64,000 bases of DNA from NCBI RefSeq assembly GCF_009914755.1, contig NC_060925.1; one strand, written 5' to 3'. The translations under genes and the position numbers were made by a program. Of the stretch, positions 55,179-64,000 are shown in pieces. The DNA is from the human T2T-CHM13v2.0 reference genome, Homo sapiens. Position 1 is the stretch's first letter. Each line of letters begins with the position of its first letter. The notes beneath the pieces are model-generated. The model did no database searches. It had not been told where the DNA came from and was given only the letters and a program-made list of their open reading frames with translations.

Positions 55179-56746
55179 GACAGCTCAGAATAATGACTCT
55201 AATTTGAAAATCAGACACATTGAAGATGTTAAAATTTTAATCTCACCATCCTAAGTCCATTTCCCCTCCAACCTTGATAGAGATGATCTTTTCTAGATCA
55301 TAAGACACAGTAAAAAGATAATTCAACAGAGGAAAAAATGTAACTTTTGTATAAATATAAAATGTGAACACAGGTCAAATACTTTATTTAACTAATTCAA
55401 GAATGAGGGAACTAGAAAGGCATCAAAAATAATCTGATTATATTAATATATAGGCAATGAAGAATGCTGAAATGAATTTAATACATACAAAACTGCCATC
55501 ATTCACAGAAGAGGGTAAGAATAAATTATACTTCCTTTCGACAACATTAATTTTACTTTCTCTGAAAGTTAATTATTTATATTACTATCAAAATTCCAGA
55601 ATATATCAAGTTGTAAAATAGTTTGATGACCATGAAGGATGCAGACCTTCATAGAATCAAATAACCTGATAATGTTTTGCCATGTCTAACTCTTTCACAA
55701 TTTTTGTTTTTCTCAAAAGATAGAAACAACAGAAAAAAAACAGGTACAGAAGTAACTTAGAAAGGTTTACTAATTTCCTGAAAAAAAGAACAATGAAAAA
55801 AATTAAAGTTTGTTGTAACAAATTACAATACGATTCAAGACTGTAGTCTTCCTAGAAACTCTTTTTCTCATACACACCTAGAACAGAGGGCTAAAGGAGG
55901 GTTTGTGATGTCTTCTTGGATCGTGTATTCTCCCAACTCCCACTTAGCCATTTATAGTACCCACCATGTTTAGTGCTAAATTGATTCAAAGTGGCCCTTA
56001 TTTTATATTTTTCAGTCAAGCTTTTATTGTACCATTGATATCTGACCCACTATAAGAAGTTGGTGAGCAGAAAAATGGAAGAGAAGTGGAATTATTACCC
56101 CTACACCAAAAATGCTGTAACAAAATAAGAAAAAAAAATAAAAACTAAAATTATTTCAGGCATTTTTTAGGCAATTTTTCTTAATGTTTGCAAATCATTC
56201 TGCCTTACAAAAATGTAACATGTTGACAAAGAATGAAATATACAGAATTCTAAATTCTGCCAATTTTGTCTGAAAAGCATACTCAATGCTCTTTTAATAG
56301 TAAGCCTCTAAAAATGTACTATCTGTTAACACTTGTTCTTTTAACAGTGTGAGAATTATGAATTAAAATTTTATTTATGTATGTATATTTATCTATATAT
56401 ACTTTACATATATACAATTTTACTTATAGGGTATATACATAATGAAATATATATATAGTGAGATACCTCTTTCTGTGTATCTATCTCCCCAGTCTGAAAA
56501 AGTTATTTTTTATAGATAAAAGTGTAATACTGACATTTCTTTTGCTTTGTATTTCCATATTAGTGATGCAAATCCTGCAGAAGCAAAAACATTTTAATTA
56601 ATAAAGGATACATACAAGGAAGTTAAAAATAAAACATACTTGTTAATATTTTGATATATTATTTCCCCATATGCTTCTCTTTACTTATGCTGTATCTAAG
56701 CACTGCTCAGAAAACCATGTATTCTATCTCACCTTTGGGTGAAAAT

Positions 56747-57010
56747 TTCTCCTTCCTTTTTCACCTCCTCCTACTTCTTCTGTGCTGCCACTGCCATTAG
56801 CTTCTCCTTTTCCTCCTTTTTCTTTTTTATTTTACCCTCTTCTTTCTCCTCCTTCTCTTCCTCTTTTTCTCCTGCTCCTTTTCAGCCTCCTCCTACTTCT
56901 TCTGCCTCTTCTTTTTATATATTTCCCCTCTTCTCCTTCCTCTCCTCTTCCTCCCCCATTTCTTCCCTCTTCTCTTTTCTCACTCCTGTCTTTTCTACTC
57001 CTCACTTCTA
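56747..57010. repeat. CT-rich low-complexity tract
   Basis: Directly visible. Confidence 0.9.
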
Positions 57011-59792
57011 CATTTGCCTCTCTATAATTATCAGTTTTGTGGTTGCTATCACCTTGTCATACAAAATTTTTAATACTTAACTAGGTCTAGGTGGGTCAGA
57101 ACTTGTGTTACATAATGTTGGAGTACTGCAATTTCAGTCACTGATCTACAATTCAAATCACTGGTGACTTGGGTCAGATGCTTCTGCAGGTACAACTACA
57201 TTGAGTAGTAGCTTTGTACAAATTCTAATTCCAAGTAGCACACTTTAAAAAGTGCCTCATCAAAGCTAAGGGAAGGCCTAGACTTTGTAAATCTTTAATA
57301 TACATACATCTGTGAACATATGTAATTTAAAACTTTTTTGAAAACAATGTATTCAGAAGTTGGGGAAGTTTAAATTACTTAACAGTGCCGTTTTTACCTA
57401 CAGTCATTGACTTTGTAAAAATAAACAGCATATGTATATTTATATCTTTGTTTATACTTATGCAAATATGTATTTTCTATATATCTACATAAGTATATAA
57501 AATGATACATGCATATCTATATAATGAGAAATAGAAATATAGAGTCCAGTAGTAATAAGGTATACTTGCTATCTGAATTTTTTTTGTTCCTAAATTTTGA
57601 ATAACAAATAGAAGAAGCAAGGACATCAATGAATATATCCCTATATCAAACATTTTACACCAAGCTGCTACATATCTGAAATAAAGAAACAAGAGTTCAC
57701 ATCACCAGAGAGAAGCCTAATCTTGAATGGGTCATAGTTGCAAATTTTGTTTAGCTAATTGATGGGCTTAGGCAACTCTGCCCCCTTGTGGTGTTCAGTG
57801 GGCTCATAGGAAACCAATATCCTGCAGGTCATAAATTTGGAAACAATTCTCACATGCCATTGACTGTGCCTAAGCATTAAAATCAAGTGGCTAGACAATA
57901 TTGTGATTCTTATGGGCCCCAGGAGTACTGGGAGGAAAAATATGAACCACTTTTGGTAAGAATAGAAGAACTGAGACAAACAAGCAATCTCTGTGGCTTT
58001 ACATATTACATTTCTCAGTGTTGGTGTTTTGCAGGCAGCCATCCATAAGTGATATAGCAGCTCATGCTTCTCTGTATTGTGGCTCTAACTTCTTCTAGGT
58101 TCCTCCAGTCCTCTGTTATATGCCAAATCTTTCCAGCAAATAGGACATTTAAAAAACAGAAAATTATGCTTGAGGCTTTTTGTGCCCCGAACGTACAAAT
58201 GTCATGTGTCATTTTCATCCACATTCAACAGTCTAGAACTCAGTCACATAGTCATACCTAAATACGATGATGACTAAAAATGTAGTCTAATTTAGTCAAA
58301 GGACAGAAATAAATTTAGTAGAAATAACCAGCTGTGGCCCTTTTGTTACAATTAGGTCTCAGATATTTGCAGATCCCACTGATTGATTCATAACCCTAAA
58401 AGAAACAACTGGGATTTTTTAATTTTAATTTTATCTAATTTAACACTTAGAGAAAATCACCATAAGTGATATAAAAAGTTAGAAAAATAGGCCAGACTAA
58501 ACAGTACTATGCATATATCAGAAATAACAGTAACAGTCTTTTATTGAACACAGCCCCTTTCTCATGTTAGACATTCCTTCTCTCTCCTCCTTCAAAGCTC
58601 ACTGTTCCAGAAAGGCTAATGGGTCACTAGACTCCCAAAAAGTCTCAGAAGAGATGGTCAAATAACTAAGAAGTTCTAGAAAGCAGAATGTTGATGTGTT
58701 ATATTTTTCATGAAATGTAACAATAAATTCAAATGCAACCGGTATAAAAAGAAAACAAGATGTATCTTCTAAAAAAAAACAGTCTTGCTCTAAAAACAAA
58801 AGCAAAAGGGTAAGGGTGGATAGGTCTGTTTAATACTCAATGTACTGTCTTCACAAATAGTTTATTACTGAGTAAAACTCTGTTCCATACATTTTGAAAT
58901 GAGAAACTCCAATTGAAGACTAAACTCTCCTACATGACTATAGTATTAGACATATAGTTGCAATTGCAGCTCCAGTAGGCTGCAGGAAGATGCTGGGGAT
59001 TCTGTGGTGTTTAGCCCATAAGCATCTTCCCAAGCATTGGGGCACAGGTGACGGCAAGAGAAAATACTCCCTTTTTTTCTAGTATTAACCATAGTGATTA
59101 GCTTTCTGCTCTTCACTTTGTTTATCTTAAGTTCTTGTTAGTGAACAACGTCATATACTTGTCGCGTTTGTTCTTGCTGTCCTCCTTTTGTTGTTTCTTG
59201 CTGCTTTTTGTTTAATCCATACATGTTATCATTTTCCTCCACGTGGCAAAAATTTGAATTCTGACTCACTTGTGAGGGTATACATTTGTTAATTGCTCTG
59301 AGTGTCATGTCAAATGTTCTAACTTAGGAAATTTGTATCTGGCTTAATTTTATTTTCCCATTTCTATGTGGTCCACTCCACACACTTCGGCTTCTGGAGT
59401 TTCCACTTCAGCAAGCTGCCGTTTTGGGCTGAGATTGTGGGCAGTTATTGAGAGAGAACTTATATCCCAGTAACCAACAGGAATGACCATTCAGCTTTCA
59501 GTAAACTTTCGCAAAGTTTTCACATTAATCGCAGAAATGTACCTTAATCCACCTGCATACAACGTTTCTCAGGTTCATGCTTTTTCTTTCAGGCCACTTC
59601 TATTGTCCCAGCTCTACGCTTTCAGAGGATATACATATCTCAGACAAAAGATATCACCAGTCCCTTACAAATTTGGAGGGAGAGATTTCTTCTCAAACTT
59701 TGTAGAAAATGAGATAGAGTTACCGCAAAAAAAAAAAAAAAGTTTTACCATTACCAAGAGGAAGGCAAAGTAGAAGGGATGGAAAATCCTTC

Positions 59793-60809
59793 TGAGAGGT
59801 GGCAAGGCTCGCTCTGGGCGCCTCCTCGGCCTCGGCGTCCGCTCTGGCCGCGCTGGAGGAGCCCTTCAGCCCGCCACTGCGCTGTGGGGGCCCCTCTCTG
59901 GGGCTCGCGGAAGCCGGAGCCGGCTCCCTCTGCTCACGGGGAGGTGTGGAGGGAGAGGCCCCAGCGGGAGCAGGGGCTGCGCGGGGCGCTCGCTGGCCAG
60001 CGCGGGTTCCAGGTGGGCGCCGGCTCTGCGGGCCCCACACTCTGCGCGGCCGGCCTGCCCCTCCTGTGCTTGATTTGGGGATGAGCTCCCTCTGGGTTGC
60101 CGGACTGCCTGGGCTAGGTGCCGCAAAGTCCTGCAGCAAGTGCCACTGAGAGGTGAAGCCGGCTGGGCTTCTCGGTTGGGTGGGGACTTGGAGAACTTTT
60201 CTGTCTAGCTAATGGTTTGTAAACGCACCAATCAGCACTCTGTGTCTAGCTAAAGGTCTGTAAACGCACCAATCAGCACTCTGTCAAAACGGACCAATTA
60301 GCTCTCTGTAAAACAGACCAATCAGCTCTCTGTAAAATGGGCCAATCAGTAGGATGTAGGTGGGGCCAGATAAGGGAATAAAAGTAGGACACCGGAGCTA
60401 GCAGTGGCAACCCACTTATGTTTCCTGGCTTTGTTTTTTTGCTCTTTGTAATAAGTCTTGCTGCTGCTGCTCATCTTTGGGTCCTGGCCGCCTTTATGGG
60501 CCGTATCACCGTGAAGGTCTGCAGCTTCACTCCTGAGGCCAGCAAGACCGTGAGCCCACCAGAAGGAGCGAACAACTCGAGACGCACCGCTTTTAAGAGC
60601 TGTAACACTCACCACAAAGGTCTGTAGCATCACTCCTGAAGTCAGCGGGACCACGAACCTACCAGAAAGAAGAAACTCCATACAGATCTGAAAATCTGAA
60701 GGAACAAACTCCGGACACACCATCTTTAAGAACTGTAACACTCACTGCGAGGGTCCACGGCTTCATTTTTGAAGTCAGCCAGACCAAGAACCCACCAATT
60801 CCGCACACA
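59793..60809 (+). mobile_element. LTR12 (ERV9) solo LTR, LTR12C/D-like
   Basis: Starts 'tgagaggtg' and ends 'accaattccgcacaca'; 4-bp TSD cttc at 59789-59792 and 60810-60813; GC/CpG-rich U3; U5 repeats 'aagagctgtaacactcacc'. Confidence 0.96.
60228..60383 (+). promoter_or_regulatory. LTR12 promoter: 5x CCAAT (NF-Y), GATA and TATA-like AATAAAA
   Basis: CCAAT at 60228, 60269, 60294, 60318 and 60342; AGATAA at 60368; AATAAAA at 60377. Confidence 0.8.
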
Positions 60810-61524
60810 CTTCTGCTGTTTCGTTCTATTCTCAAGGAAAAACTGTGATGGGTCCATTTTTAATCACATGCAAATTCATGGGCAAATCTTTGCTATGGTT
60901 ATGTATTTTGATTTAGTAGAGTTGTATCACATGTTCACTCATGTGCCCACAATAGCAGGGTATACCAATAGGCTGCTTCAAAACAATCATGAAAAGTAGG
61001 AGGTGGTGTTTCCAAAGGTAGTGGTCTTGCCAGAAAAAATGGAAATACTGTGAAGATAAAAATAAACATCTATTAACACAAAAATAGAAAAATAATATAG
61101 GTACACATACACATACTTTTCTACATATTTTTTGCAGTCATATCAGAGGAACAATACAGAGGAACAAAAGTGTAAATGAAATAAGACTCAAGTTAGACTC
61201 ATTTCATGTATTTTCCTAGCCTTACTGTAAATTTATTTTGTGACTTTAGGAAAACCTCTATTTCGTTATCTGATTATTTTTTATTTCCAAAGTAGTAGTT
61301 TGGCCTAGATCAGAAGTCAAAAACCAATTGCCAATGGGTGACAAGAGTATAGTATAAATGAATGACATAGGAAACACAGAAGCTTTCCAGCTAAAACTTG
61401 TTTATTTGCATTGAACCAAAGATAGACAAAATATGTTTTCTGTTTTTTTCTTGAATTATGCAGCCTTCTAGGTATATATCTCATTTTTTAAACTTTCACA
61501 GTTTGGAAAACACAAATTATCTGT

Positions 61525-61940
61525 CTAGCAAACATTCTTGTTCTCTTTTCCATCCCATAGAGTTAAAGGAGCATCCCAGGCCAGGACCTCATTTCCCAGG
61601 CCCCTTGCATCTAGGCGCAACATGAGATTTATTATTACCCAAGGAATGTGAGGAAAAATGGTGTGCCTCACTTCCAGAATATGGAATGACATAGTTACAC
61701 AATTATGAGAGAACTGTACCACTTACACCCTTTCTTTTCCATTCCACTAACTGATCACAGATGATCTCTGAGTCCCAGGGGATCTAAATGTCACAAGATA
61801 AAAGGAAGATGAATTCCCAAATCACAATTTGGAAGAACACACACATTGAAGTATAACATAAAATAGAAATCAAAATATTGTGGGTTAAGAGCTGAATATT
61901 TTGTTGTTTATTGTAGAAATTACCTCTGCTTTAACTAATA
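61525..61940 (+). mobile_element. MLT1I/J-like LTR remnant
   Basis: 'catttcccaggccccttgcatctagg' and terminal 'ctttaactaata'. Confidence 0.6.
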
Positions 61941-62464
61941 TGAAAAAAAATGGAAGAAAGTTTCACACTTTGCAAAAATACAGACATGCAAGTATATTGA
62001 TCAATGACAGCAACACATTGACCAATGTGCTGAAGTTTATGGTGACTGATGGGGACAGTGTGGAAAACGGAACATACCTACATTCTGTTTTTCCCACTAG
62101 AATTTGGGTTCTAGTACTTCAGATAAATTTATCTACTTTGCTTACTTTAATTTTCTAAGCAACTAGAGTAATATAATGTGGAATAGGCCATCAATAACTA
62201 TTAGTTTGAATAAATGAATGAATAAATATCTTATATGAAGGAGGAAGTTACTAACAGTTCTAGTACATTACCGTAACATAACAATGCAAATTCTCTGTTG
62301 CTAGATTTATTTTCACAGGAAGCTATAAATGTGAATATTTATATATAAATTGAAATCACGAGATAACCCTCTGTAGGCCAAAAATATCATGTTTATTTGT
62401 TCAAATCAGGCCACTGACAGCCATTTCGTGATCTCTGAAAAATATTATTGGTTCTCAAAACTGG

Positions 62465-62650
62465 ATAGCACAGTTTTCTAAACCCCTTTGGGAGCTTTAT
62501 GATCATTTTTTAAAGTCTTGACTTTTCTTCAGACCTGTTAATTAGAACCTCTAGGAGTGGAACATGCTAATATATATTTTCATTAAGTTCCTCAGGTGAT
62601 TTTCATATCACTAGTCTAGACTTCACCCATGGAATAACACTGGAAATTAC
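62465..62650. mobile_element. MER5-like hAT MITE remnant
   Basis: 'cagttttctaaac', 'ttagaacctctaggagtgg' and 'aagttcctcaggtgatt'. Confidence 0.55.
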
Positions 62651-63274
62651 TCTATTAGATAACTCCAACTGTTATGTTAGAATTTATGTTTTTGGATATA
62701 AAACATAATAAAAAATCAGACTAAATTACAATAGATTTTTAGAACACCAACTGTTTAGACAAAGTATTTATTTATTCACCTAATATTTTATCTTTTCTCA
62801 CTTCATTTTTTATCATACTAAATTTAGTCAGTCCATATGTTAGTAATTTGTATTTCTCATTTCAATAATCTGCCATTTACTTATGTATTTGAACACTTGT
62901 TTATACAAACATTTGATCATTAAAGTTAACAAATGTCATCTAGTCAGGTGTTTCACTAGCATTCCTTTCATGATTGCATTGTCTATAATAGTTAAGTGTG
63001 GTGACTGAATTTATTAAATATTAATAATTTCTTTTTTATGTCCTTATTTTATCTACATAATTTTATGCACATGTACATGTGTGTTTTATTAGGTAGGTAA
63101 GAATGCCTACTTATTTTCCTCATTTAATTGGAAATAGTTACACTTTGATTAAATATTATCCACATTTCATGTTTTAACAAGTGTTATATTTTGGGCTTTT
63201 TCTGCTGCTGCCATGTTCTTATACTGTAAACCAATCGATTCAGCCCTAACTAACTAGATCTAAAGACTGCTTTA

Positions 63275-63990
63275 CATTCATTTATTTCTGCTTTCACTGG
63301 TAAATTTTATTTTGTACATACAATGTGTCAGGCACTGCTCTAGGTGCTAAATATATAGCAGTTAAGAAAAAAATTCTGCTCATTTGAAAATTAAAATTAA
63401 GTTGGCAGAGACTAGCAAGCAAATGTGTGCCTTTGTATGTATGCGTGTATGATGTTGGGGTTTAATTGATGCAGAGGAAAATAATGAAAGCAGGATTTCT
63501 TTCTCCTTGATTCTCAGATGGGGGAGAATGTAATTTTGTATGGGATGACATGACCAGGAAGGTAATGTTTGAGCAAAGACCTACAGGAGAAGCACAGTTT
63601 GTACAGATTACATGGGTTGGGGGAGGGCAGTACTCCAGAAAAAGGGAACAGCAAAAATACTAAGTCAGAAGCATGTGAAGGGGAATCAAAGAAAAACATT
63701 GAATGAAAATGAGTGAGCAAAGAATGACAGATAGTAGTAGAAACTTAGACTAGAAAAAAATAAAAGTATAGGTCTTGGAGGACTTCAGCTAATTTTAAAG
63801 ATTGTTTTTGCTCTAGTTAATATTAGACACTAGGTTGCAGGAAGTAAAGGTTAGAATTTTGAGATCAATAAAGAGGCTATTGTAATAACTCACAAGAGAA
63901 ATGATACAGGTTTGGACTAAAATGATAGTTTGGGATGTAGTTAGTCATGGTCAGATTCTGGCTATATCTTGAAGAAAGTTCATTTGTTAA
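63275..63990 (-). mobile_element. L2 3' region
   Basis: 'atgtgtcaggcactgctctaggtgct', 'tttgagcaaagacct', 'gaggctattgtaataa' and 'ggtcagattctggctatatcttgaag'. Confidence 0.75.
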
Positions 63991-64000
63991 CTGTATTAAT

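Noticed and set aside
56739-57080. S/F/P-rich ORFs
   Set aside because: CT-rich low-complexity sequence.
59720-60149. Overlapping GC-rich ORFs on both strands
   Set aside because: Expected stop-codon scarcity in the GC-rich LTR12 U3.

Overview
AT-rich, gene-poor primate (human-like) genomic DNA made up mostly of transposable-element remains. No host protein-coding exon is supportable: the longer ORFs are L1, ERV, Alu or low-complexity by-products. Main elements: a full-length env-less HERV-L provirus (MLT2A LTRs, gag-pro-pol-dUTPase, 16793-24265), a full-length THE1 MaLR (42260-44590), a near-full-length Hsmar2 mariner (31548-32807), a solo LTR12 with an intact CCAAT/GATA/TATA array (59793-60809), and many L1, L2, Alu and MLT fragments plus microsatellites. 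I see no new gene system. The most unusual signals are rearrangement and reverse-transcription fossils: (1) the 3' half of a pre-tRNA-Leu(CAG), with an apparent trailer ending in TTT, captured at the inversion junction of a twin-primed L1; (2) a ~306-bp copy of the host/5'-LTR junction inserted into the same HERV-L gag, bracketed by an 11-bp duplication; (3) a young AluY right arm fused into the linker of an old AluS; (4) a tailless AluY replacing the middle of an MLT1; (5) an apparent ancient inversion of an L1M ORF1 block. Subfamily names come from recalled consensus sequences, and boundaries of old elements are approximate.
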